This document shows, piece by piece, positions 6,932 through 16,130 of a stretch of 64,000 nt of DNA. The notes beneath the pieces were generated by a model. The model searched no databases, had not been told where the DNA came from, and worked only from the letters and a program-made list of their open reading frames with translations. Every line of letters begins with the position of its first letter. Position 1 is the stretch's first letter. Source of the stretch: an uncultured virus (IMG/VR IMGVR_UViG_3300035126_000982) (lineage: Duplodnaviria; Heunggongvirae; Uroviricota; Caudoviricetes); the IMG/VR virus record IMGVR_UViG_3300035126_000982; one strand, 5' to 3'. A program made the position numbers and the translations under genes.

Positions 6932-9271
6932 TCACTCTGCTTTAGCGAAGAAATTGTGCAAGCATTGGCTTGCATTAATTCTTACATGCTCAAGAGTATA
7001 ATCAACCAAAAGTTGACCATTCTCATAAATAGTTACTAACTCGTCTTTATTCCAGGGTCTTTCTGGAACAGTCTGATATTCTCCTTGTTCATTTTTGATG
7101 AGCTGAAGTCTACCCTTTTTAGATGTTTTGCCTGGGTCGGTTACAGGGTCTTTATAAACGTCACGCCAGGTTCCGTTTACATTTACCGAACTGCACTTCA
7201 TTGCGAATTTAAAATCATCACGATTTACGTGTTGAAGCAATCCGCCACCTTGACCGAAGGCAATGTTATCCGAACTGTATCCATTTGCTTCTAGAACGTG
7301 AAGAACCCGGTCAATAGTTTCATAATTCACACCGTCCCCTTGAATGAGTCTGACGTGATTTAGAACCTTATAACCCTTAGAGTTCATAGTACTTCCAAAG
7401 TGATTATCAAGAATTTGAGCACACTTTAGATTGACTTCTACTGGGTCCCCAGAATTACCAGAAACCGCGATTCCCCTATTCCTTTTTACTAGAACCATTC
7501 CACTAGGAACTTTAACGCAATGTATAGTTCCTTTATAATTTACTTTAGTTTTAGTAATAGATTGCCCACCAGCATAGGGAGTATCTAATATGTGGGTAGT
7601 ATAGACTGTAGAGAAATGTGGTTTTCTATTGTCCTCCGCTACTGAAATTAAAACCCCCTTCCCAGCTGAAATAGAAATGTATTCTACTACATCCACGTTA
7701 GATTTGATAGTGGTATCATACTTAAATCTACCATCGTTTCTAATGGACGAATCCCAATGCTTCAATTCTTCGATGAATTGTTCACACCAATTGCCATCTA
7801 AATTAGAAATGTCAACCCAATCAAATGTTTTAGATACTAAATTATCTATGGGAACTGAAATAGTTATAGTAGATTGACCTTTTCTACTAGTAAGATAATA
7901 CACATTAAATTTATAATCTAGATTATTAAGTATATTAAGTAATCTGTTGTGCTTTCGTTCCTTTTGAAAATTAAATTCTATTTTATAATTCATTGAAGAT
8001 GCTTTTTTAATACATCCATCTGCTTGTAGAGCGATTAAAAATCTCTCATGCCAAGTTAGTTGTTTTCCGGATGTCTTTGCTTTTGCTGAACGCAATTTTC
8101 TATAAGCCCAATTTCCTGGTTTATAATCTTGAGCCTCTTGTATACGAATTTTATCATTTCGATCAATAGTTACCACCCTATGATTGGGTGTAACTAATAG
8201 ATCAATTTTACCATGAAAATCACGAATTTCATACATATCCCCCTCATATTGTTCATTTACAATTTTAAGAGGTTTAACAAATTCATAAGTCATGTCATCA
8301 TTAACTTGTGCAACTAGATCGTTCTCTGTTAGGTTAGAAAAATATTTCCATCCACTAGGAGTCAAAATCTGCGTCTGATCGTCGTAGCAATCAGGCCTGA
8401 CCACCAAGGTAGCCCCAGATTCAATTACTTGTTCTTTAAGTTCTTCTCCCCAAAGTTTATCGCAAGCATTGTAGATGTCATAACTATCACTTACACAAGC
8501 AATAATAGCACCCGGCCTCGCATAAAGATTCAACATATTACGATATGCCTCTACTTCATTTTCCTTACCCCAACTCGTGATAGTACTATGTTCTGATGCT
8601 GGAATACTGTAGCCCGCCATATCTTCGTGATAAAATTCTTTACCATAAAGAAGCGCCGCAACAGTGTCGGTGCCCTTAAAATTAACTAGGTGAGCTAGTC
8701 CACCAATTCCTGCTGATTCATAAGAACTCACTCCGCGAAATCCAAAGTCTTGCATCTTAAAATCAATAAGATTTGGGTCTCCATTGCGGATAAGATAATT
8801 GAGAATAAGTTTCTTAGAATTATAAGAATTACTTGCAACAGTCGTTGGATACCAAATTGCGCGAAGTAGAGCAGTTTCTAGGAAACTAGTCAACCAATAG
8901 CAATTTGGGTCAGTGTTCTCAATTGTAAGTAAAACGTTCTTTACGGGGACTACAGTTCCCTCTGGAACAGCCTTGATTCTTACGGGGAGATGTCCACCGT
9001 GCTTTTTGACGATGTATTCCCAACCACCACGGTAGAATGGTTCACCGTGAGCCTGAATAATTGCCTCGGCAATATCAATATCTTCCATTCTAATTGGCTT
9101 CATCAGATAGTCTTTTAGAAACATCTGAAGACCAAAGAAGAGAGTTTCATCGTGATGACCACCACGACTTTCAATGTAAGAAAATACACCTTCCGTCTGT
9201 GGGGGATATTGATTAAACTGCGAATACTTGTAAGAATCCGAATTGAGCAGTAAATTTTTGTTTAGGTCCAT
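6932..9271 (-). CDS. nadV: Nicotinamide phosphoribosyltransferase with intein
   Basis: DSYK, DFGFRG, ASEHS, VSDSYD, RPD|SGDP, QGDG, FGQGG; spliced length 467 aa. Confidence 0.92.
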   Translation of the reverse strand: MDLNKNLLLNSDSYKYSQFNQYPPQTEGVFSYIESRGGHHDETLFFGLQMFLKDYLMKPIRMEDIDIAEAIIQAHGEPFYRGGWEYIVKKHGGHLPVRIKAVPEGTVVPVKNVLLTIENTDPNCYWLTSFLETALLRAIWYPTTVASNSYNSKKLILNYLIRNGDPNLIDFKMQDFGFRGVSSYESAGIGGLAHLVNFKGTDTVAALLYGKEFYHEDMAGYSIPASEHSTITSWGKENEVEAYRNMLNLYARPGAIIACVSDSYDIYNACDKLWGEELKEQVIESGATLVVRPDCYDDQTQILTPSGWKYFSNLTENDLVAQVNDDMTYEFVKPLKIVNEQYEGDMYEIRDFHGKIDLLVTPNHRVVTIDRNDKIRIQEAQDYKPGNWAYRKLRSAKAKTSGKQLTWHERFLIALQADGCIKKASSMNYKIEFNFQKERKHNRLLNILNNLDYKFNVYYLTSRKGQSTITISVPIDNLVSKTFDWVDISNLDGNWCEQFIEELKHWDSSIRNDGRFKYDTTIKSNVDVVEYISISAGKGVLISVAEDNRKPHFSTVYTTHILDTPYAGGQSITKTKVNYKGTIHCVKVPSGMVLVKRNRGIAVSGNSGDPVEVNLKCAQILDNHFGSTMNSKGYKVLNHVRLIQGDGVNYETIDRVLHVLEANGYSSDNIAFGQGGGLLQHVNRDDFKFAMKCSSVNVNGTWRDVYKDPVTDPGKTSKKGRLQLIKNEQGEYQTVPERPWNKDELVTIYENGQLLVDYTLEHVRINASQCLHNFFAKAE
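7454..8389 (-). mobile_element. Contiguous intein (312 aa) with LAGLIDADG-type endonuclease
   Basis: Starts CYDDQT, block B VTPNHR, IALQADG, ends VSGN before Ser (Gly instead of penultimate His). Confidence 0.88.
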
Positions 9272-9342
9272 TTTAAACTCCTTAAAATAGGTTTAATTTC
9301 GGCGTCTATCGCCTGATTGTGTTTTTGTGACTTTAACACCTG

Positions 9343-9651
9343 TCAAGCATTCAATGCCTTAAGTTCTCGCTCAAGACTTTCTTTTTTTAAGGCTAATTTA
9401 GATAATTCAGTTTGAATTTCCTTTACCTTATCATCTCTATCTCTATGTTGCTGATACCATGCCAAAGTATCATCAGATAGTCTATGTTGCATATGAAGCT
9501 CAAAAATTACTTCCCCCATTTCACAACACATATTCAACAAATATGTAATTAATTCAGAATTAGTTTTATTAATTCCATATTTTTTATTGTTATTACTTTT
9601 TTGTTCGAGTTTAATTTCTTCTTGCGTAGGTTCCGGTGTAAAGCATGGCAT
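9343..9651 (-). CDS. Hypothetical protein
   Basis: 102-aa ORF inside the NAD cluster. Confidence 0.6.
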   Translation of the reverse strand: MPCFTPEPTQEEIKLEQKSNNNKKYGINKTNSELITYLLNMCCEMGEVIFELHMQHRLSDDTLAWYQQHRDRDDKVKEIQTELSKLALKKESLERELKALNA

Positions 9652-9662
9652 AATTTTTTACC

Positions 9663-10154
9663 TCAAGGTTGATATTCTACTACTGTGACATCAGCATAAT
9701 CAGAAACGTCTTCTGAAAACTTTTCAATAATTTTGGAAATTCTACTCCAATCACCACCAGCAAGTCCAGCGCCAATTTGAGGGAATCCAATGCTTACTTT
9801 TCTATGTGGTCCCCGTGTATAATCAGGGACACATTTAGAAAATAACTCTAAGAATTTTTCAAAGGCACCATATTCAAATACATCTTTAGTATTACTCATT
9901 TCATACTGAGTGTAGGCATTTATCACAGTAAAAATTGTTTTTCCTGTGTTTATTTGAGCCATAGTAAACCTACCCAACTTTAATTTATCCCCCCTAGTTG
10001 TACACATATCCGCTTGTTTTACTTTGGGATATCGGTCTGCAAGTTGTTTTGCCAACCCCCCACCCATAACATTATAGCAGTTACAACCTTGAATAATAAT
10101 ATCAAAATTACCTTTTTCGGCAAGTTTAATTAGATCTCCTTTGATAGTTTTCAT
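9663..10154 (-). CDS. Macro-domain (ADP-ribose binding/hydrolase) protein
   Basis: IKGDLI, QGCNC..MGGGLA, FPQIGAGLAGGDW. Confidence 0.85.
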   Translation of the reverse strand: MKTIKGDLIKLAEKGNFDIIIQGCNCYNVMGGGLAKQLADRYPKVKQADMCTTRGDKLKLGRFTMAQINTGKTIFTVINAYTQYEMSNTKDVFEYGAFEKFLELFSKCVPDYTRGPHRKVSIGFPQIGAGLAGGDWSRISKIIEKFSEDVSDYADVTVVEYQP

Positions 10155-11197
10155 ATAAAATATCGAATAATTTGATAATGGTCTTCAAAGCACTCTCTTG
10201 GGTCAAGTTCAGAGAAAGGAATCCAGAATGCCTTATCAGCATCAGAACCACCTTTTACTCTTGGAAGTTCTCCATCAGGAAGAACAATATTAAAGGCATG
10301 AGTAATTGTTCGCCCTCGGCTGCTTCTATAAATATCATCAAATACATGAGTATTTTTAATACATCCACGAAGAACCGGAGAAGGAACCTTAAGTCCGGTT
10401 TCCTCTCGGAGTTCTCGAATCATAGCATCTTCTAGGGAGGAATCGGTGTTTGCGTCTAGAAAACCGCCTGGCAAGGCAATCAGGCCCTTTCCAGGATAGG
10501 CATTTCTACGGACCATCAAGACATGACCAGATTGAAACACTACAGAATCTACTGTAACAAAAATTGGTGGCCAGGGCAAGGAAGCATACTGAGACTTATA
10601 TTTCTCGACAAATCTACGCTCATTTACGATATGATTATGCCATTCAGAACTCTTCATACTATCAAGATAGTTGAAGATTTGTTCTGGAACAACACTTTTC
10701 ACAAAGTCCATATTCGGTTCTTCTACAAAGTAGAGTTCCCTGATCTGAGTTGCACTTAGATTTTGCTCAAGAGGAACCTCAATTAGTTCCCATTGTGGAA
10801 ACATCTTCAGGTAATAAGAAGTCTCGTCTTTTTCACAACCGATGATACCAACATTAGCAGATGGTGAAATAGTCTCAAGACAATATTTTACCTTTTCTTG
10901 AACTTCATTACACCACTTGGTATCACCATAAATATCTTCTTGAATTTCAATTTCTAGTGGAGCTTCTTCTGAAGTCACTTCTAAAATGGATTGCCTCAAG
11001 GCAGACCAGTAACTATGAGTATTCAGGTGCTCAAGAGAAATTTGAAATGGATTTTTGTAGGTTACTGGTTTATACTGAGAACCAATAATCATAATGAGAT
11101 TATCAGTCAGTTCATATGCTCTTTTTACAATTTCTAGATGAGCATTATGAAAAGGCTGAAATCTTCCAATAAAAACAATTGCGTCGTATTTTTTCAT
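10151..11197 (-). CDS. nadM: Bifunctional NMN adenylyltransferase / Nudix ADP-ribose pyrophosphatase
   Basis: GRFQPFHNAH, SATQIR, Nudix box GGF..RELREETGL. Confidence 0.9.
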   Translation of the reverse strand: MKKYDAIVFIGRFQPFHNAHLEIVKRAYELTDNLIMIIGSQYKPVTYKNPFQISLEHLNTHSYWSALRQSILEVTSEEAPLEIEIQEDIYGDTKWCNEVQEKVKYCLETISPSANVGIIGCEKDETSYYLKMFPQWELIEVPLEQNLSATQIRELYFVEEPNMDFVKSVVPEQIFNYLDSMKSSEWHNHIVNERRFVEKYKSQYASLPWPPIFVTVDSVVFQSGHVLMVRRNAYPGKGLIALPGGFLDANTDSSLEDAMIRELREETGLKVPSPVLRGCIKNTHVFDDIYRSSRGRTITHAFNIVLPDGELPRVKGGSDADKAFWIPFSELDPRECFEDHYQIIRYFI

Positions 11198-11450
11198 GAT
11201 TCTAAACTCCTTAGAATTTTAAGTTTGGCGTGGTCTATCCCACATCCATAGTATATAGCACAGATAAATCCTAAAGTAAGGCGTATGTGCCAGTTCTTAA
11301 ACCGGCTCGTTCTTATAAATTTCTAACTTAATCCAATTGATCAAGGCATTTAGCTCCATCCGTTTTTCTTGTGATAGATCGAACTTATATGCATAAGACT
11401 CCAAGGCCTCAATAGCAAGTTTTCGATCTTTTTGTGAAATAAGTGACATT

Positions 11451-11876
11451 TTAATCCTCCCAGTTTTCATAAACGAATCCATTATCGGTGGAATAATGGA
11501 TATTATAAATTTTATTCTTTATAAGAAAAACCGAACACAATTTACAGGGTCTGGCATTTCTTATGTATTTCTTGCCATGACCACCAACACGGCAAACAAC
11601 AATAGTATCAGCGGTCTCTTTTGCCTTAATTAGACAATTTATCTCACAATGACAAAATACCTTTTTTGCAAGAGAATCATCATTGAAGATCTTGGCAGCA
11701 TTTTGAGCGGCCCAATACTGAACCGGATGGGTCTTTTCATAATCATTAACCGCAGCCGAAATGATTTTATTTCTCTTAAGAAGAATGGCTCCCATTTTCT
11801 TAGGGGCATCCGAGGCCATGGCAACGGCAATGGCCTGATCAAGAATACTTTTTTTTAGATGACTTTTTTGAATCAC
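11451..11876 (-). CDS. Cytidine/dCMP deaminase-like protein
   Basis: HCE and ARPCKLC zinc motifs. Confidence 0.75.
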   Translation of the reverse strand: MIQKSHLKKSILDQAIAVAMASDAPKKMGAILLKRNKIISAAVNDYEKTHPVQYWAAQNAAKIFNDDSLAKKVFCHCEINCLIKAKETADTIVVCRVGGHGKKYIRNARPCKLCSVFLIKNKIYNIHYSTDNGFVYENWED

Positions 11877-12163
11877 GATTTACCATTAATCAATGAATAA
11901 AAATATTCCCTGGTACTAATATCATAAGAATACATGAGCTGACCCCAATATTGGAAAGGTAGCCAAAGACGAGAAATCTGGTAACGTAATTCGGACATGG
12001 TACATAATGCAACGAAACCAAATAATAACACAAAAAACAAACAATTGTGCAATGAGTGGTCAGTTTGCTTTTTGTCCATTAGAGCAGTGCGAGTAGCGGT
12101 ATAATGATTGCCAAATAACCAATAATCGCTCCAGACACCTCATTTAGTGCCTGGAGCATTGTA

Positions 12164-12490
12164 CTATCGTCTTCCATTTTGCCAGTTAATAATTTCAGAC
12201 AGTCTGTCTGTTGTGAAAAAGTCTTGCTGTAAATACCAATCAGACCAAAATTGATGGCCTTTAGAATGATTACATTTGTTGCAGGCACAAACAATATTGG
12301 TAATTCGATCAGATCCACCTTTAATTCTAGGTGTTATGTGGTCTAATGTCAAGTTTTCAGAGGAACCACAATAGGCGCATTCGTAATTCCATTCTTCTTT
12401 TATTGACTCTCTCCATTTTTTCCTTGCTTCTGAACTTGTTGTTGCTTCCAGGTTAAACAATAAATCTTGAGACGTTTGGTACAGTCGCAT
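12164..12490 (-). CDS. HNH endonuclease
   Basis: CAYCG..TLDHITP..GG..NIVCACNKCNHSK. Confidence 0.88.
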   Translation of the reverse strand: MRLYQTSQDLLFNLEATTSSEARKKWRESIKEEWNYECAYCGSSENLTLDHITPRIKGGSDRITNIVCACNKCNHSKGHQFWSDWYLQQDFFTTDRLSEIINWQNGRR

Positions 12491-12553
12491 TTAAAATTAA
12501 CAGACCTTGATTATTTAGTGAAAAATCTAAATACTTAAAAGAAGTTTCCTATA

Positions 12554-12805
12554 ATGGATAACAAAAAAAAGACATTAACAAATTTAATTTTCGTAATTTG
12601 TTTATCATTAATAGGATTTATTGGAATTAATTTTGTTTCATGTAATTTCCTGGTGCCTGGTTCCATTAATAGGGCCAACGTAATGGGCGGGCTTAAAAAT
12701 CCACCACCTCTAGATTGCAAAGAATCAGAAAGAAGGGGTTATGAGGTCTTGCTCACACTTCTGACCACTATTATCGCCTTAAAAACAAAAATAGATGAAA
12801 GGTAA
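12554..12805 (+). CDS. Small membrane protein
   Basis: Two hydrophobic segments; CTAAATA late promoter upstream. Confidence 0.6.
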   Translation: MDNKKKTLTNLIFVICLSLIGFIGINFVSCNFLVPGSINRANVMGGLKNPPPLDCKESERRGYEVLLTLLTTIIALKTKIDER

Positions 12806-12808
12806 ATA

Positions 12809-13000
12809 ATGCCAAGAGAATTTGACACTGATTCTAGAAAAGACTGGAACACCCCGATTCATAATTTGCTGAAGGCCATCGACAACCACAATAGAGAGTA
12901 TTTTAAAAGTGGCGATTTATGGCACCTGGAAAAAGCGAATCAGTTAAGGTCTTATGTTTGTGAATTAAAGGAGTGGATTAAGAAGAATGAGTCTAATTAA
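12809..13000 (+). CDS. Hypothetical protein
   Basis: 63-aa ORF following the previous gene. Confidence 0.6.
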   Translation: MPREFDTDSRKDWNTPIHNLLKAIDNHNREYFKSGDLWHLEKANQLRSYVCELKEWIKKNESN

Positions 13001-13358
13001 CATAAGAAGTTTCTTCTACTAGACAAGTTCCTTTTGTTTCTAATTTTACAGACTCATCTGGATAAACAACAAAAATATCAAAATAATTCCGGCCCTCTAT
13101 TAGGTCAGAAGTTACTAGGTTATCCATGGTTAATTTTATTTGACCTTGTGCCCTATTAACATAAACGATACTGAACGTTTCAAAAGTAGGAGAAGTCGGG
13201 AATTTCTTTATCCTTGCAATAACAGTACAACCCGTGAGGTTAATAGGAGTTTTTATTTGAGATTTTTGAAATAATTGAAAGGGTTCATCAAAATCCGTTC
13301 CCTTAAAAATCCTAAATCTGACTACTTCTGAAACGGACATTAGAGACCTTCCATCCAC
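12993..13358 (-). CDS. Hypothetical protein, possibly virion-associated
   Basis: GTDF..PINLTG..GQIKLTM..GRNYFDI. Confidence 0.6.
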   Translation of the reverse strand: MDGRSLMSVSEVVRFRIFKGTDFDEPFQLFQKSQIKTPINLTGCTVIARIKKFPTSPTFETFSIVYVNRAQGQIKLTMDNLVTSDLIEGRNYFDIFVVYPDESVKLETKGTCLVEETSYVN

Positions 13359-13960
13359 AATTTTCCTTCGGCAATTCTTCTGCGCAACAATCCTGCTTCA
13401 ACAGAACTACCTGGATTCCTATAAAGTTCTAAAGTTTTAGGAATTGCTTTCCAATCTTTTTCTCTCAGGTTTTTAGAAATTGTATTAAAACCAGAAGAGC
13501 CATAAAAATTAGCACCTAAATTATAAGCGAAAGATAAAAGTGCTCCTTGCTGATTCTCACTCATTTCATTCCAATAAGGAATTTTCTGTAGAGAAGGTAA
13601 AAACTCACGGCGAAGCTGGAAGTATAGAAGATCATCTGCCTCATCTTGGGTGATAGTGTTCCCGATCATAAAACGAGTTCCGTCTTTTCTACGAGTGCTG
13701 CCCCATCCGATTGTAATTGGGAGAGAATTTGTGAGGGGATCATAATATGCTTTGAGATGACACCCCTCAAATTCCTTGATAAGTTTAATTCCAGGTTCTG
13801 GTAGTCCTTCAAGTGTCGGTTCTACTTTTTCATTTCTAAAACGTCTTGAAAACTCGTCTAAAATCTCTTTATGAATAGATGCCTGGAGAAAATTCCATGC
13901 ATCTACTTGATGTGGGAGTTCTTTATAAAACTTGGCAGCATCAGTGAATTTAATATTCAT
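13340..13960 (-). CDS. Lysozyme (GH24 family)
   Basis: LIKEFEGC.L.AY.D..TIGWG, ALLSFAYNLG, GLLRRRIAE. Confidence 0.9.
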   Translation of the reverse strand: MNIKFTDAAKFYKELPHQVDAWNFLQASIHKEILDEFSRRFRNEKVEPTLEGLPEPGIKLIKEFEGCHLKAYYDPLTNSLPITIGWGSTRRKDGTRFMIGNTITQDEADDLLYFQLRREFLPSLQKIPYWNEMSENQQGALLSFAYNLGANFYGSSGFNTISKNLREKDWKAIPKTLELYRNPGSSVEAGLLRRRIAEGKLWMEGL

Positions 13961-14730
13961 TTATCGTTCTCCGTATTATACATTACTCTCCACCCTTTCC
14001 ATTTTCCTTTTGTGGCTGGAGTTCCTCTTTTAGCAAGTCTAGAAACTGTTTGATTTTTAATACCTAGTTTTCGTTCGGCTTCCTGCATAGAATAAAAAAT
14101 AAATTTGTCTCCATTAGGACTAATAATAATTATTGATTTACTACAAACTTCTTTTGATCTTTCTATTCTTTTTTTATTATCATCTATAAATTTTTGAGAA
14201 TTTCTGTACTCTGGGCTAAAGATTCCAATTTTATTCTCATAATTTTGTTTTCCAATTACTAAACCTACCATTCTACCGACCATTTTCGGTTTATCTGATT
14301 TTTTATATTCTTTACTATGAATTCCAATTTCATTTTCAAAACATTTTTTTCCAGTTTCATGTAGCATTTTTTTATGGTCAAAAGAATTTATATATTCTGG
14401 ATTATGAAATCCAAGTTTTAATTCTTTAACTCTCATTCCAATTTTATAATTTGCCTCAAAATTTGTTGAAGGACAGTTGGCAGTAGGACTCAAATTATAA
14501 CACATTTCTTTACCATACCACATATCTAATAAAGATTGTTCAAGAATTCTTTCTTCACTATCGTCTTCTATTACTTCCCATTCAAAACAATCTGGGGTTT
14601 TTCTTAATGCTATATGAAAAGGATAATTAGAATTAGATTTTAGATGTTCATTTTTTCTTCTATTGAAATTAATAGTACTTCCAATATAAAATTTTCCATT
14701 CATAGTATTTCTGGCAATATAAGTAATCAT
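13957..14730 (-). CDS. GIY-YIG homing endonuclease
   Basis: ITY..FYIGST..R..H, YN motif, internal GIxSxEY repeats. Confidence 0.85.
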   Translation of the reverse strand: MITYIARNTMNGKFYIGSTINFNRRKNEHLKSNSNYPFHIALRKTPDCFEWEVIEDDSEERILEQSLLDMWYGKEMCYNLSPTANCPSTNFEANYKIGMRVKELKLGFHNPEYINSFDHKKMLHETGKKCFENEIGIHSKEYKKSDKPKMVGRMVGLVIGKQNYENKIGIFSPEYRNSQKFIDDNKKRIERSKEVCSKSIIIISPNGDKFIFYSMQEAERKLGIKNQTVSRLAKRGTPATKGKWKGWRVMYNTENDK

Positions 14731-14740
14731 TTGCTTTATA

Positions 14741-14843
14741 AATTGACTTGCACTACTATTTATAAAAGTTTATACTTGAAAGGGAGGTAAAAATACCTCC
14801 CAACCTGGAAAGATGCAAGTCAATTACAGGCACTTCTATTTAT
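14741..14843 (-). promoter_or_regulatory. Late promoter-antisense sRNA-terminator-late promoter cassette (copy B)
   Basis: CCTG/CAGG stem enclosing 14814-14825, complementary to 14741-14752; hairpin 14782-14801; TATAAATA 14757-14764. Confidence 0.75.
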
Positions 14844-15553
14844 GATAGAAATACTCTACCCCACCCGTCAGCAGGATGTTTTATGGTCCACCTTTTTTCT
14901 AATGTTATTCTTGAATAAACAACCCCTCTCCCTTTAGATACGGCTCCAGTGTAGCCATCCGCAAGATCCCCGTATGGATCATTCGCCACGTAGTCTCCCT
15001 TATCAGTTTTTCCAATCACCACAATAATATGCCCTGAACCTGTAGGAGCACTTTCAGGTCCTCTATGAAGAATGCCAATCGCAACTGGTCTTCCGGCCTC
15101 TAGTTCTCTATCAAGATCTGCAAATGTCATGTCATATCTAAAAACCGACTCAAGACCATAACTCCTCAAAACTCTAGTCTGAACACCATGATCAGTAGAG
15201 CTACCAATGGCCAATACTTTTCTCAAATAAGCGTCGTCTCCTCTTGGTCCAGGTGGAAGTGATCCGGGTTTTAGAAACTCTAGACACATTGCACAAGCAG
15301 AGGAATTACAAGTGGAATCAGGCAAAGTGAAATTATCCGTTTGCGGGTACCAGGGGACATTTAATAAGATACCAGATGGTTTTGCGGTTTCTTCTGGTGC
15401 CCTATAAATTCTTACCCAATTTGCATTGTCCTCAAGAAGTTCAGGGGCCTTCTGCTCTAAAACTCTGGCTAAATCATCAACCGCCGCACGGTGCTTTGGT
15501 AGATTATGATTATAATACCTAAAGAAATTCTGAAGTTCTATTTTCATGACCAT
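14840..15553 (-). CDS. Peptidase C39-like cysteine protease / cell-wall hydrolase
   Basis: Q..TCNSSACAM, GHIIVVIG, NDPYG (Cys-His-Asp). Confidence 0.8.
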   Translation of the reverse strand: MVMKIELQNFFRYYNHNLPKHRAAVDDLARVLEQKAPELLEDNANWVRIYRAPEETAKPSGILLNVPWYPQTDNFTLPDSTCNSSACAMCLEFLKPGSLPPGPRGDDAYLRKVLAIGSSTDHGVQTRVLRSYGLESVFRYDMTFADLDRELEAGRPVAIGILHRGPESAPTGSGHIIVVIGKTDKGDYVANDPYGDLADGYTGAVSKGRGVVYSRITLEKRWTIKHPADGWGRVFLS

Positions 15554-16019
15554 AAATACTGCTATATTACTATTTAGTTTTGTGTGGTATTTTAACGGTC
15601 AAGAATTTGATGAGGTCGATAAAAAGTATGAGGGATTTGTTTACTTAATAACAAACCTAGAAAACGGGATGAAGTACATTGGAAAGAAACACTTCTGGGA
15701 AAGAAGAAAAAACGCAAAGACTGGAAGACGGCAAACCAAAGAAAGCGATTGGAGAAAATATTTCGGTAGTTGTGACCAACTAAAAGAAGACGTTAAATCT
15801 TTAGGTGAAAACAAGTTCAAAAGAGAAATTTTGTATTTATGCCCTCATAAAAAAAGTATGTCCTATTATGAGACATACGAGCAGTTTAAAAGAAATGTTT
15901 TATTAGATGAGGCCTATTATAATACTAATATTGAAGGAAAATTTTATTCTAGCGAAGTAGAAAGAATTTATGGGCTGGTTATTTCAGGAGAGAATCCACA
16001 AGGAAAAGAACCTCATTGA
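15546..16019 (+). CDS. Small GIY-YIG nuclease-like protein
   Basis: GFVYLITN..KYIGKK, YYNTNI; real start probably GTG near 15582. Confidence 0.75.
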   Translation: MTINTAILLFSFVWYFNGQEFDEVDKKYEGFVYLITNLENGMKYIGKKHFWERRKNAKTGRRQTKESDWRKYFGSCDQLKEDVKSLGENKFKREILYLCPHKKSMSYYETYEQFKRNVLLDEAYYNTNIEGKFYSSEVERIYGLVISGENPQGKEPH

Positions 16020-16130
16020 GGTAATCATCAGCGAGGTTCTTTTCGTTTTGTGGATTTTGTTCTCTTTGGAGTTTATTTTTAAGGCCGTTTAATTTGGCCT
16101 TAAGAGAGTAAACATCAGTAGAGTGGATCA

